From contig OZ251223.1 of the NCBI GenBank assembly GCA_965240325.2, positions 2,232,001 to 2,296,000 on the forward strand: 64,000 nucleotides of DNA. The letters are read 5' to 3'. The stretch is from Rebecca billardiae RCC1528. Its lineage: Eukaryota; Protista; Haptophyta. Each line of letters opens with the position of its first letter. The stretch's first letter is position 1. This document shows positions 35,474 through 46,989 of the stretch, piece by piece. The notes under the pieces were generated by a model that worked only from the letters and a program-made list of their open reading frames with translations, ran no database searches and was not told where the DNA came from. Both the position numbers and the translations under genes were made by a program.

Positions 35474-37412
35474 TAGCCTGGTCCATCCCGATTTTCGCCA
35501 GTAAAAAAGCCTTTTCGGATTTTGGGCGCCTGATTTCTCCCGATTTTTCTCGTCGCTCGTCGCGCTCGTCAAAAATCGCCACCGGCCGTCCGACGGCTCG
35601 CCGCGACGAAGGTCGGGAAGGGGCTCGAGAGCCTCGACTGGACGACTGCGCCGCCTCATGTCAGGTGTAGTGCTGGACACATCGTTCGGGTGCCCCGGTG
35701 GTGTGCGTGCACACCTTGAGCGACATGTCTGCGTTGCTTCCGCCGCCCGCGGTCCGTCGCCAGGTCGACTTCTCGCCTGACGGCGCGCGTCGAACGCTCA
35801 CCTGCTGGGTTGCGCGGCGCCTTCGAGACGGGCCACCTCGGGTAATATGCGGGCCACGCGACGGCTCGTGTGGGCCACCGCCTACCCCTAGCATGTACTC
35901 GATGCCACCACCAGCGTTGGGCGCGCTGCGCATCGCCAACGCTTCATCCGGCCAGTCCCGTCACGTTTGCGCATGGGTCGTCCTGAGCGGCGGCTGTCGA
36001 TTTGTGCTCCTCGTGGAGCTGTATGACGGGCTGGTGGCGAGCAGGATGGCTCGCCTTGCGGGGCTGGGTGTGTACAGTCGCAGTGTAGTGGCTGCCGGCT
36101 GACTCCCATCGCCTGGGTGCTGCTTTACCGTCATGGCCTTTGCTGCGAGCACAAGGTCGAGGATCGTACCGCGGTCTGCGAGGCAGAGTCGACGGAGTCG
36201 TCGCTTGAAGATGGTTGAGAGCGCGCATACGTCTTCCTTGGTGTCGTGCGGCTACTCCAGCACGCAAGGCTCGCGCTCTGGCACGTGTTTGGTGTCCATG
36301 GGTGGCACATTGTGCCATTCGGGTGGCTCGGAAGCACGTGCTCGGGTGTCTTTCCCGTTTACGCGCGGTGGGCCAAGTCACCACGCACGGCCAGAGCATG
36401 TCATGGCACGCGGAGGGTGCCCATGAACGATCCCCACCCCGGTGGTGGCCGTAGGCGCACTCGAAGCGGTCGCATCGTCACCCGCGGATCACATCAGTCC
36501 GCCGTTGAGGCTGTCGGGCGAGCAAAGACGTGCGATCTGACCCTTGGACGGGCAGCTAGAATCGCGATTATGCCTCATCTAAGGACGCACATGTCGTCGT
36601 TGTAGGCAGTACTGATGCCCCAAGTGAAAGGGCGGGCGTGGCACGCGACTTGACAGCTTGAATGACTCGATGCACGCCGCCATGGACACGCGATCCGGAG
36701 GCCATTGCGAACCTGCCGTGTGGCTCACGGCGGCGCGCGTTGTGCCGCAGATCGGCCAGTTGCCACGCAGGAGATGGTCTCCAGACCAGGTCCAGCACCT
36801 GACCGACTGCCGCACGCCTGGCCGGGTGGGAGTCCGGCCCTCTTCTTGTCTGCAGGAGTGCGCGGAAGGCCAGGCGGAGCCTCGTCCGACCACTGCACCC
36901 CGAGCGCCGCACTAATCGTGCAGCCTGGGACAGCTACCCACCTAAGGCGAATATGTAACGACATAGTGGCATTTTAATTATACAGGTCCAGAACTCATAC
37001 TTATGCGGGTACATTGCCCATAATATGCGGGTATAAATGGGTAACATAGTCGATCTTGCAGTAGTTGAGTACGGCCACTTGCGCACAGACCACAGCCCAT
37101 CCTAATGGCCTGTACCAGGGTTCATGCTCGCCTCGACGTACGCCAATAAGTAAGTTCGTGCGTTTGGGCTCATTTCGGCTAAGTACTTACCCACATTCGG
37201 ACTGACGATTCTCTATGTGTCCGTAGTTGTCCGCGGCGCGCGCGCGCACGCTCACGACGGGCCGCGGATGCGATTTTTAGGCCGAAACTTTTGCTGCGCC
37301 CGGGCTGGGCCCATTTGATACGCTGTTTCCGGGTGTGAGCGCGTGCCTAGGGGCCCGCGTTCATTTGGCGATAAAATCCCCGAAAGTGCTCCAGTGCGTT
37401 TGGACCAGGCTA
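35474..37412. mobile_element. Non-autonomous TIR element with 7-bp TSD
   Basis: TIR TAGCCTGGTCCA / TGGACCAGGCTA, with CTAAGAC at 35467-73 and 37413-19. Confidence 0.8.
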
Positions 37413-37525
37413 CTAAGACGAGCCGCAGTGCGTAGTAGTACTAGTAGTCCTGTTGTGGGCCAACCTGCAGCCGGCAATAACGCGTGGCGTCAGCCCAAAG
37501 CGCAAAGCTAGTCCTCGTCACGGCA

Positions 37526-40500
37526 TCAGTGCGACGACAGCCGGCGCAGCGTCTCGCGGGCCTCGCGCTGCAGCGCGACGAGCGCCTCGAGCCGCGCGGC
37601 ATCCTCATCGGCGGCAGCTGCGACGGCGTCCTCGGCGCAGTCGGCCCCAGACGCAGGCCCATCCGCGGGCACGCGCTCTGCGCCGCATGCTGCCGCGGCG
37701 GGCGCCCCGGCCGCCGCGGAGGGGGGGCTCTGCGAGCCTGGCTGAGGCGCGTCTGCGCCGCGCGGCGCTGCCGAGCCCGCGCCGAGCGCTCGACGCAGCG
37801 CGCACAGCAGCCGGCGGTGCGCAACGAGCCGCTCGAGCGCCTCGGAGCGGCGCGCCGCCTCGAGCAGCACCGGCTCGGGCAGCTGCGCGAGGCGCGCGAC
37901 GTTGACGCCAAAGCTCGTCTCGAGCTTGCCGCGCGTGACGCGGTACAGCATCGTGATCTCCTTGGCGGCGCGCTCGCCGCGCGCAGGCGGCGGCGGCACG
38001 GCCTCCGCGCCACGCGCCGCGCCCTCAGCCTCGGCCGCGGGCGGGCCGGCCGCGCGCGTGCGCTCGACGTAGGCCATGTGCGCGCACGCGAGCCGGCGCG
38101 GGTATTGCACCTCCAGCTGCGCGAGCAGCGGGTAGTGCGAGATGAAGAAGCCGAGCGCGCGCGTGCGCGTGATCAGGTGCTCGAGCGTCGCCATCGCGAT
38201 CGCCGTGCCGTCGTGCGTGCTCGTGCCGCGGCCGAGCTCGTCGAAGAGAACGAGCGAGCGGTGCGTCGCGCGCGCCATGATGGCGGCCGCCTCGGAGAGC
38301 TCGACCATGAAGGTGGACTCGCCGCGGAGGATGTTGTCGCTCGAGCCGATGCGGGTGTACAGCCCGTCGCACGGCGTGAGCGTCGCCGCCTCCGCGGGCA
38401 CAAAGCAGCCGGCCTGCGCCATCAGCGCGATCGTGAGCGCCGTCCGCGCCAAGAGCGACTTGCCGCCAGAGTTGGGGCCAAACAGGAGCACAACCTGAGG
38501 ACCGCTCGGCTCGGCCGCGCCGCTCGGCGCGTGGGCGGCGGGGCCAGCGGCGGCTTGGGGCTCGGGCTCGGCGCCGCCGCCGAGCTGCACGTCGTTGGGC
38601 ACGAACGCTTGTCCGGCGCGCATGGCCAGCTCCACCGTCGGGTGGCGCGCGCCGCTGAGCTGCAGCGTCGGCGGCGCGCGCGCGCCGTCGAGCACCGTCG
38701 GCCGCGCGTACGCGTGCGCGCGCGCCACCTCGGCGAATGCGCAGAGCACGTCGAGCGTGGCGAGTCGGTGCACGAGCGCGCGGATGCGCGGCGTGTGCGC
38801 GCGCACCCGCGCGCACAGCGCGCCGAACGCCTCCTCCGCCTGCAGCTCGAACGTCTCGCGCAGCACGCCGAGCTGCGCGACCGCGCGCTCGACCTCGGGC
38901 GGTCGGAAGCGCACGCACGCCTTGGTGGCGCACACGCGCGTCCAGTCGGGCGGCATCTGCGAGGCGAGGGCGACGGGCACCTCGAGGAGGAACTCGTCCT
39001 TGAGCACCGTCTTGAACGCGAGCGAGGGCCGCCGGAGCAGCCGCCGCGCGGCCGGCAGCTCCTGCTCGTGCAGCGCCCTCAGGATGGCGTCCATCCGAGA
39101 TTGCGTCTCGCTGAGCGCGGGCTGCGTGCCGGAATCGATTTCGAACGCGGCAGCCAGCTGGCCGGCGAGCATGCCCTCGCGGCGCAGCCCGCGCATCCAG
39201 CCGCGCACCGCCTCGAGCAGCGCCGCGTCCGCGGACGCCTCGCTCGTCGGCCCACCCGAGCCGTCCGCGCCGGGCAGCAGCCGCTCGAGCAGCCGCGGCG
39301 ACGCGGCCGGCGGCGGTGCAACCCCAGCGGCCCTCGTGGGTGTGTCTGCGCCGCCGCCCCTCGCGCCCGCCGCATCAGGCGTGCGCACGCCGCGCACGAG
39401 CAGCTCGAGCGTGCTCTCGAGGGCGTGGAGCAGGTGCCACAGCTCGGCGGGCGCGCACCGCCCGCTCACGAGCCGCGAGAGCGCGCGCTCCACGTCGCGG
39501 CACGGCAGAGCCGCCAGGTGGCGCAGCAGATCGAAGACGGTCGGCGCCGGCCGCGCCACGGCCACGCCCGCGCACTCGTCGGCCGAGGCGCGCGCGGGCG
39601 GCGACGAGCCGAAGAGGCGCCTCGCGCCCGCGGCGGCGCGGCCGCGCGGCGCGCGGGCGCCGCTGTCGTCCTCGTCCAGCGCCTCGCGCAGCTCCTCCAC
39701 CGCCTGCAGCCGCGCGCCGATCTCGCGCGCGCACCGCAGCGGCGCGCACAGCCAGCGGTGCAGCAGGCGCGCGCCCGGCTGCGTGCGCGTGCGGTTGAGG
39801 TGCGAGAACAGGCTGCCGCGCGCGCCGCCCGCCGTGGCGGCGGCGCCCGCCGGTGGCGCCGTCGCCGAGGGCGGCGGCTCGACGACCTGCAGGTCCCGCA
39901 GCAGCTGCGCGCCCAGCGCGCACGCCGCCGCGTCCGTCCAGCGCTCGCACGCGCACACGCCCAGCCGCAGCAGCCGGCCGCACGTGCGCTCGCCCAGCAG
40001 GCCGCGCAGGTGGTGCGCGAGTGCGCCGAGCGCGAGGCCCACGCCGGTGGGGAGGGCAGAGGCGCGCTCGATGGCGCGCGCCGCCTCCGCCTCGTCCTCC
40101 GCCGCGCCCCCGTCTCGCGCGGCGAGCAGCTCGAGCGCGGCGCCCAGGTCGAAGGAGCCCGGCTCGACGAGCTCGAGCCGAGCGAGCTGGCCGGCAGCCG
40201 CGCCGGGCGCCGCCCCGAGCGGAAGGGCCGCGGCCGGGTCGGCCGACGCGTCGTCGGCGGCGGCGGCGCCGTCGTCCTCGCACGCCGCGGCGCCGAGAGC
40301 GGGCGAGGGCGCCGAGTCGGCTGCGTGCGCGCCACTCGCGGCGTAGTGCGCCACGGCCATCGCCGTCTGCTCGCTCATGCCCATGGCCGCGCGCGGTCGC
40401 GCCGGCAGTGCGCGCGGGGCGAGCACCTCGGCGGGTGCGAGCGCAGTCAGCCGCGCATGCAGCTCGGAGCGGAGCGGGCCGTCGTCGAACTCGTCGACGA

Positions 40501-41548
40501 CGAGCTCGGTGCTGTACATGTCGAGCACGACGATCGCGATGCGCGCACCGCCGCCGCTCCCCGCCACCGCCACCGCCGGCGGCAGCTCGTGCACGCACAG
40601 GACGCGGTTGGATGGCTGCAGCGACGCGCCGTCGGACGGCGGCACAAACGTGCCGCGCGAGTACAGGGCGGAGAGCTCGCGCTCGAAGGTGCCGGAGCGC
40701 GCGCCCGCGCCCACGCCCGCCTTCTTCCGCGCCGCCGTCTCCGCCTGCTCCACCACGCCCACGCGCAGGCCCGCGTGCAGCAGCCTCTGCAGGTGCACGT
40801 CGCGCCGGTTTGCCGGCACGGACGCGCACACGAGGTGGTGCTTCGTGTACGCGCGGATGTGCAGGACGGAGGCGGCGAGGCCCGCGTCCTCGCCGTACAT
40901 GTGGTACTTGTACCCCACCTCGAACATGAGCACGTGGCCCGGGTGCCGCGCCTTGAGCGCCACCACCTGCCGCTCGAGCGGCGTGAGCTGGCTCAGACCG
41001 AGCCGCGCCGCCACCGCCTCGACCGCGGGCACGGGCTCATTGGGCTGGAGCAGCCGGGAGCCCGGCGCGTCGGCGTCGGCGCCGCCGTCGGCCGGTGGCA
41101 ACCCGCCGCCGTTGCCATCCGCGTGCGCGCTGTCGCTCGTACCCAGGCTAGCCTCGCCGCGTGCCGTGCGCGGCGGCGCGCGCGCGCGCACTGCGCGCTC
41201 GCCGCCCGCGGCGGTTGATGCCGGGCGCTTGCGTGACGCGGCGGCGCGCTGTGGGGCGGTCGATGCACGGGCCAGCTCCACGGGCGCGGCCGACGCGCCG
41301 CCCTCGAAGGCGAACTCAACCACGCTGAACTCGATCTCCGCATCGCTGACCTCCTCGGCAGGCTGTTCGGAGGGACTGCTGTCGCCCCGCGGCTCGTGGG
41401 CGGGGCTCGGGATAGGCGGCTGAACGGCGGGCGGCTGCGCCGGCGCTGGTGGCGCGGACGGCGGCGCAGGCCCAGCGGCGAAGAAGCGGCTGATCAGCGT
41501 CTGCTGCGGGGGCGTAGCCGCGCTCGCGCCGGCGCGCCGCGCGACCAT
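37526..41548 (-). CDS. MSH3: DNA mismatch repair protein MSH3
   Basis: PIP box QTLISRFF; TPLERQV...EVGYKY...GEDA (MSH3-type domain I); GPNSGGKS; ESTFMVEL; DELGRGTSTHDG. Confidence 0.93.
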   Translation of the reverse strand: MVARRAGASAATPPQQTLISRFFAAGPAPPSAPPAPAQPPAVQPPIPSPAHEPRGDSSPSEQPAEEVSDAEIEFSVVEFAFEGGASAAPVELARASTAPQRAAASRKRPASTAAGGERAVRARAPPRTARGEASLGTSDSAHADGNGGGLPPADGGADADAPGSRLLQPNEPVPAVEAVAARLGLSQLTPLERQVVALKARHPGHVLMFEVGYKYHMYGEDAGLAASVLHIRAYTKHHLVCASVPANRRDVHLQRLLHAGLRVGVVEQAETAARKKAGVGAGARSGTFERELSALYSRGTFVPPSDGASLQPSNRVLCVHELPPAVAVAGSGGGARIAIVVLDMYSTELVVDEFDDGPLRSELHARLTALAPAEVLAPRALPARPRAAMGMSEQTAMAVAHYAASGAHAADSAPSPALGAAACEDDGAAAADDASADPAAALPLGAAPGAAAGQLARLELVEPGSFDLGAALELLAARDGGAAEDEAEAARAIERASALPTGVGLALGALAHHLRGLLGERTCGRLLRLGVCACERWTDAAACALGAQLLRDLQVVEPPPSATAPPAGAAATAGGARGSLFSHLNRTRTQPGARLLHRWLCAPLRCAREIGARLQAVEELREALDEDDSGARAPRGRAAAGARRLFGSSPPARASADECAGVAVARPAPTVFDLLRHLAALPCRDVERALSRLVSGRCAPAELWHLLHALESTLELLVRGVRTPDAAGARGGGADTPTRAAGVAPPPAASPRLLERLLPGADGSGGPTSEASADAALLEAVRGWMRGLRREGMLAGQLAAAFEIDSGTQPALSETQSRMDAILRALHEQELPAARRLLRRPSLAFKTVLKDEFLLEVPVALASQMPPDWTRVCATKACVRFRPPEVERAVAQLGVLRETFELQAEEAFGALCARVRAHTPRIRALVHRLATLDVLCAFAEVARAHAYARPTVLDGARAPPTLQLSGARHPTVELAMRAGQAFVPNDVQLGGGAEPEPQAAAGPAAHAPSGAAEPSGPQVVLLFGPNSGGKSLLARTALTIALMAQAGCFVPAEAATLTPCDGLYTRIGSSDNILRGESTFMVELSEAAAIMARATHRSLVLFDELGRGTSTHDGTAIAMATLEHLITRTRALGFFISHYPLLAQLEVQYPRRLACAHMAYVERTRAAGPPAAEAEGAARGAEAVPPPPARGERAAKEITMLYRVTRGKLETSFGVNVARLAQLPEPVLLEAARRSEALERLVAHRRLLCALRRALGAGSAAPRGADAPQPGSQSPPSAAAGAPAAAACGAERVPADGPASGADCAEDAVAAAADEDAARLEALVALQREARETLRRLSSH

Positions 41549-41714
41549 CAGAGGCGCGAAGGAAATGCGCGACGAAGGAAATACGACGCGCCGCGAGCCC
41601 GCGACGAGCGCGCGCCCAACTCTGCTTCGGCAGCTTTTGCAGTGCCAACCACGTCCAACCGCCGCCGTCGTGGTCGTCGTCAGCGCGACCGCCGCCTCCG
41701 ACACCTGGCGCGGG

Positions 41715-42971
41715 ATGTCGCACGACATTCGCGCGATGTTCGGCAAGAAGCGGGCGTCCGACAGCGCGCATACGCCTCCGGAGAAGCAGGCCCGGCACTC
41801 GTCTGCCGGCGCCGACGTCCGCGACCCGTGCGTGCTGGTCAGCTGGAACACGGCCAACCTGAAGAGCCGACTTGTCGGCACTCCGAGCAACCCGGGCGGC
41901 AACTTTGCCGAGCTGGCGGCGTTTGTGCGCGAGCACGACCCGGATGTCATGTGCCTGCAGGAGGTGCACCTGAAAGCCGTGTCCGCCCGGACTCGCTCCC
42001 AGCCCATCACGGACCAGGCCGAGACGAAGTGCCTCGAAGCGCTGCGCAGGCCCCCACTCGGCGCGTACACTGCTCACTGGTCGCTCGCGGACAAGCGGCA
42101 TGCCGGCACGGCGATCCTCGTCCATCGCGAGCGTGTGGGCGCGTGCCGTGTCGTTGGCTCGTTGGCCAAGGCGCTCGAGGGCCTCGGCGCCACGCCCACA
42201 GAGGTCGCCGCGCTCAACCTGTCGGACGACGCGCACGGCGCGCACGTGCACGACCCTGAAGGCCGCGTGCTGCACGCCACGTTCGCAACGTTCGACGTGC
42301 TCAACCTGTACGTACCGAATCGCGGCTGGAGGCCGGAGACGATCGATCGGCGCCGGCTGTGGGACGAGCGGCTGGAGCGCTTTCTCGTGGCGCGTGCGGC
42401 GCGAACGCAGCGTCCGCTCATCGTGTGCGGGGACCTCAACGTGACGGCCACGCCGCTCGACTCGACGGACGAGGCCTTCTTCCGCGCAGCTGAGCCGGAG
42501 CAGCCGGATGGCAGTGCGAGGGCAAGCTGGGCAAAGGTTGCCGCCGCAGACAGGGGGATACCCGGGTTCAGCGACAACGAGCGCACGCGCTTTGGCAACA
42601 TGCTTCGGCGGGCCGAGCTTGTCGATGTCTGGCGGCGGCACCATCCGAGTACCGAGGCGGCACCGCCCGCCGTGTCCGACGAGCAGCGGGAGCGCGCGTC
42701 CTACACGTGGCGTGGCGCGCTGCGCCGTGACGGCAACCCGTATCCCGCCCGATATGAAGGCAAGGCGCAGCGTCTCGATTACTTTCTGATGCCCCGGCAC
42801 CTGTGTGAATCGCGAGTCGATGCCTGCGCAATTCACGGCCGCGGTCGGAAGCGTGAAGGCTTCCTCGGCTCCGATCATTGCCCTGTCGTGCTCCGCGTGC
42901 GTGCCGAGCCCGAGTGCTCCACGCCCGCAGCTGCTGACAGCGCGCCCTCCGCAGGCATGCCAGCCAGCTGA
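41715..42971 (+). CDS. Exonuclease III-family AP endonuclease
   Basis: SWN, DPDVMCLQE, DPEGR, YVPN, CGDLN, PGFS...ER, YTW, RLDYFL, GSDHCP. Confidence 0.93.
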   Translation: MSHDIRAMFGKKRASDSAHTPPEKQARHSSAGADVRDPCVLVSWNTANLKSRLVGTPSNPGGNFAELAAFVREHDPDVMCLQEVHLKAVSARTRSQPITDQAETKCLEALRRPPLGAYTAHWSLADKRHAGTAILVHRERVGACRVVGSLAKALEGLGATPTEVAALNLSDDAHGAHVHDPEGRVLHATFATFDVLNLYVPNRGWRPETIDRRRLWDERLERFLVARAARTQRPLIVCGDLNVTATPLDSTDEAFFRAAEPEQPDGSARASWAKVAAADRGIPGFSDNERTRFGNMLRRAELVDVWRRHHPSTEAAPPAVSDEQRERASYTWRGALRRDGNPYPARYEGKAQRLDYFLMPRHLCESRVDACAIHGRGRKREGFLGSDHCPVVLRVRAEPECSTPAAADSAPSAGMPAS

Positions 42972-43261
42972 GTGAGGCGCCAACCTGGTGCCCGCGCCCA
43001 GGCGCCGACGGCTTGCCCTGTCAGTACCTGGGCCCGAGTCCGCGTCGCGCATGCACGCAGCTTCAGCGGTGACTGCGCCGCGTCAACTCGCGGCCAGCGC
43101 TGGAGTCGCCGCGTAGCATGTGGCATGGCCGACGACGGACGAGATGTCAGTTACCATCGGTATCGTCGCGCGCGTCATCATCATCATATCGTCGTAGTCA
43201 TCAGCGCGCCAGTCGTCCTAGTGTAAAATATTCAGTACGAGTAATAGTATATATCTCAGAC

Positions 43262-45928
43262 TCAACAGCGCCAGGAATAGGATGGGCTAGTCGCCGAGCG
43301 CGATGCCAACCGGTGGGACGAGCGGATGCCGCTGGGCTGGGGATGCTGGGGTGGCTGCAGCGCGTGCGCCGCCGTTGGGGACCCGCGGCGAGTGCGTTTT
43401 GCGGGGCGCGGCGGCGAGCGGCCCCCTGCCGTGTCGGGTGGTGGCGCCCGCTCGTCGGCTCCCGCCATGCCTGGCCGGCTCGCTGCCTGCGGCGCACCCG
43501 CAGGTGATGGCAGAGCTGCTCTCGCGGTCGGCGGCGGCACCGGGAGCGCACACGCGTCCCGTGCGCTCGCCGAGCCCCGCGCGTGAGACGGCGCCGCGCC
43601 GACCCCCTCGTCCACCTCGTCGTCCACCTCATCCGACACCTCGTCCGACACGTCCTCCGCCGCGCCATCCGTCGCGGCCTGGGCCGCCTCGGCGGCACGG
43701 ATCAGCGCCGCGCATGAGCCACGGCCGTCTCGGCGTGGCTGGGCGCCGGCGCCTAGCCTGGTGCCGAGCCGCGCCCCTTGCGCCGTGCAGGCCGGGCACC
43801 ACCAGCTGCCGACGCGTGCCGCCGCCTCGACGGGCAGGTTGGCGCACGCGAGGTGGTAGGTGCGGCCGCACGGCCCATGGCACTCGACGGTGTACCTGCG
43901 CCCAAAGCCCTTGTTGCACAGCGCGCACAGGCTCGGATCACACGGTGCGGACGGCGGCGGGATGGGGACGGCCAGCGCGACGGGCAGCGTGTCCGGGGGC
44001 TGCACGTCCGCCGAGCTGCTCGCGCCGCGCTTCGTGCGCCTCGTCTTGCCGCGCGAGGCGGGCGCGCACCCGCCGGCCGCGTCGAGCCCTTTGCCGCGGC
44101 CGCGGCGCCCGGCGATGGGCTCACCGAGTGCGACCGTCGTCGTCGGTGCCGCGTCGGCCGATGCGCTCGCGCGAGCCGCCTCCAGCGCGAGCGCCTCGCC
44201 CCCGTTGGGCTGTGCGCCCTCCACGGCGGGCGCCAGCCGGAAGCTCTCCGGCGTGAGCGCCGGCGGCGTCTTGTCGCGCCGCCCGACCAGGTTGGACGGC
44301 AGCACCGCCTGCCGCAGCCGGCGCAGCTCGGCGTACTGACGGCGCTGCGACTCGGTGGCGAGCATCGCGAAGAAGCGCGTGCGGCACTGCTGGTCGGTGT
44401 ACGGCCCCATCGCGGCGGCGACCTTCGACCACGGCACGAGCGTCCACACGCCGCACCCCGCGTCCGGCCGCCAGTGCGCGTTCACCAGCTCGCTCAGCCG
44501 CCGGTCCGCTGCCTCCGTCCACAGCTCGGCCTCGGCCGCCTGCTTGAGCAGCAGGGGGTCGAGCACGTTCATGTACCGCTCGCGGCACTGCGCGTCGGTG
44601 CGCCCCGGGACGGTGAGCTGCACGCGGTTCCACTGCAGCGCGCGATGGAAGGTGGTCGTGGCGCTCGTGCCGAGCGGCACGGTGCGCGCGCGCAGCGCCT
44701 CGGTCGAGTGCACCGCCACAGACGCCCCGAGCAGCACGTCTTCGGACGGCTCCCACCTGCCCGCGCGCCGGTTGGGCGCGAGCGTCCGCCAGCGCTGCAT
44801 GCACTGCTGGTTGGTGCGGTAGCGCATCGCGTCGGCGATCTGCTGCCAGTTCCCGCGGCCGTACTGCTCCACCGCCGCGCGCAGCTGCGCGTCCTCCTCC
44901 GCGCTCCACGCCGACTTGATCATCCTCGGGTTGAGCACGCGCTGGTACCGGCTGAGGAGCTCGATCAGCGGCCGCGCCGCGGGCTGGCGGTGGCCGTGCT
45001 CGCGAGCGATCTCGACCCACGAGCGCGTGCCGTCCTTGGCGAGCTCGACGAGCCGGCGCTCCTCGTCCTGCGTCCACTCAGAGCTGAGCCGGACAAGCGG
45101 GTTCTCGGGGTGCCGCCCCCACGCGCGCGCACACTCGGCCGCGGTGAACACGTGACGAGCGTCCGGCGCCGCCGAGCCCGCCGCGCCGCCTGCCGCGCCG
45201 GCATCGCTCGCGCCGTGCGACTCGGCGCACAGCACCTCGCTGACGTCCGCCCAGAAGCGCTCGTCCATCCCACCCACCGCCTCCACCGCGCGCACGAGAT
45301 CCGCGGTCGGCAGCGAGCGAATCCGCTCGGACTCGCGAGCGGCCATGGCAAACGCAACTGCAGCTTGGCCGCCGGCGCGTGCCGTGCGCGGCTGCGGCTG
45401 CTCGGGCGCACAGCTGAACGGGACCATGGCGGTCGAGTCGGGCTCGGCGGCGCGGAGGCCGAGGGCGCGCTCGGGCGCAGCAGGGCCCGTGCCGCCCGCG
45501 CGCGGCGCGCTCATCAGCCGCTGCCGCAGCTGCTGCGTCACCGCGCGGTCCAGCTCGTCCTTCCAGAGCTTGCTCCACACGAGCGGCTGCTCGGACATGC
45601 CGCCAACGGGCACGCCGCGGAAGATGCGGCGCGCGTGCTCGACGTCCGCGTTCGGCTCGGGGTACCGCGGTGTGGCGCCCGGGCCCGCGTCGAAGAACGT
45701 CTCGGCGACCGGGCGCGTGCGACGCCGTGTCGGAGCGGCATCAGGCCGTGCGACGGGCAGCTTGAGGCGCTCGCTCCGAAGTCGCTGCAGCTCGAGCCGC
45801 GCCTCGCGCAGACGGCTCCGAAGCCGTGTCTGCGCCTGCTCAACGCCGCCGATCGCCGCCATCACCTCGTCCTGCATGATGCGATTCAGCGCGAGCGCGC
45901 GCGCGAGCTCGTCCACGCTCGCGGACAT
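43262..45928 (-). CDS. SNAPC4 (SNAP190)-like multi-Myb protein with C-terminal PHD finger
   Basis: N-terminal coiled coil ALALNRIMQ; tandem Myb repeats (WTQDEE, WSAEEDAQL, WEPSEDVLL, VPGRTDAQCRERY); PHD CALC...CHGPCGRTYHLAC...WWCPAC. The exact 3' end is uncertain. Confidence 0.8.
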   Translation of the reverse strand: MSASVDELARALALNRIMQDEVMAAIGGVEQAQTRLRSRLREARLELQRLRSERLKLPVARPDAAPTRRRTRPVAETFFDAGPGATPRYPEPNADVEHARRIFRGVPVGGMSEQPLVWSKLWKDELDRAVTQQLRQRLMSAPRAGGTGPAAPERALGLRAAEPDSTAMVPFSCAPEQPQPRTARAGGQAAVAFAMAARESERIRSLPTADLVRAVEAVGGMDERFWADVSEVLCAESHGASDAGAAGGAAGSAAPDARHVFTAAECARAWGRHPENPLVRLSSEWTQDEERRLVELAKDGTRSWVEIAREHGHRQPAARPLIELLSRYQRVLNPRMIKSAWSAEEDAQLRAAVEQYGRGNWQQIADAMRYRTNQQCMQRWRTLAPNRRAGRWEPSEDVLLGASVAVHSTEALRARTVPLGTSATTTFHRALQWNRVQLTVPGRTDAQCRERYMNVLDPLLLKQAAEAELWTEAADRRLSELVNAHWRPDAGCGVWTLVPWSKVAAAMGPYTDQQCRTRFFAMLATESQRRQYAELRRLRQAVLPSNLVGRRDKTPPALTPESFRLAPAVEGAQPNGGEALALEAARASASADAAPTTTVALGEPIAGRRGRGKGLDAAGGCAPASRGKTRRTKRGASSSADVQPPDTLPVALAVPIPPPSAPCDPSLCALCNKGFGRRYTVECHGPCGRTYHLACANLPVEAAARVGSWWCPACTAQGARLGTRLGAGAQPRRDGRGSCAALIRAAEAAQAATDGAAEDVSDEVSDEVDDEVDEGVGAAPSHARGSASARDACALPVPPPTARAALPSPAGAPQAASRPGMAGADERAPPPDTAGGRSPPRPAKRTRRGSPTAAHALQPPQHPQPSGIRSSHRLASRSATSPSYSWRC

Positions 45929-46989
45929 GGCGGCACGCCGCACGTGCTCCAGTGATGTCTCGTCGGTGCACGGGTGTGTTGTCCGCCGACGGGGACGCAC
46001 GCACCAAGGGCTTGGGACGTCAACCCCCGAGATCGGGCTCGCAGCGGCCCGGACACGATGGCGCGCCCACGAGAGGCGCGCGTGCGTCCGCCTACCGGCG
46101 CTGCAGGCCGGCGCGGCTGATCGGCGCGGTCCACAGGACACGTGGGCACCGCGCGCGCCTCTTTTCCTGTCCTCTCGCGCTCCTCGCCGCGCGCAGTAGC
46201 CCGCTGCCAAGCCATCAACGCCTGCCAAGCGAGCCGGCGCGCGCACCAAGGGCGCGCGCTCGGCGCGGATAGGGCCAATTAAGGTCGGGGCACGGCATGG
46301 GCGAGTGGGCACGCATGTTATACACCGCTCGGGCGCACGCGCCCGGCGTTCTGCGCGCGCCCTTGCCACTGGCAAGTGCTCGCGCACTGCGCGCGTAACT
46401 CACGAATGGTGCACCTCGCGGCAGCCCGCAGGGTATGCTCTGCATGGAGGCATCCTTCGCTTCCCAGCGGGCGAATCGGTGCCAGCCGCAGCCTGGGGGT
46501 CGTCTGTGAGTACCCCGGTCCAAGATGCCCCATGGGCACGCTGATACAGGCCGCCATGTCGTCGATGCTGCCGAGGAGTGCCGAGCGGCCCTGCTCTGTG
46601 ACGTCCCGGCACATGGGCCTTGTCGACTCTCGACCTTCCGCTCCGAGTTCATCACGCCAGACGCAGGCGATGCCGCTGTGCACGCTCGCGTTCGACCACT
46701 TCGTACCCACCAGACCGGCCCTTCTGTCTCTGTTGGCGTGGGTGGCGTGCGCGCGCGCGCGCGTGCCGCCTGCCACAGTACAGTAGACGTAGTCGGTGCC
46801 GCGGACGCGGTGGCCGTGGGCCGCGTAGCGACCTGCTCGGATAGTCGTAGTCGCTTTAAAATAAGACTGCACAGCCTGGTTGATTTACATATACATCGTC
46901 ATCATCACTGCGCGATATTTGCTGATGCATCAGTGTCATCAGCGCTCATCATCACATATATTTATCGGTACAGTAGTTTAAGCGGCGCG

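Noticed and set aside
36560-36915. Cys-containing decayed peptide as the transposase of the 7-bp-TSD element
   Set aside because: Stops and frameshifts, with no catalytic motif recognisable.
37484-41218. 1244-aa + strand ORF and many similar long Arg/Ala/Pro-rich ORFs
   Set aside because: These are antisense or off-frame shadows of real genes in high-GC DNA, with no domain motifs.
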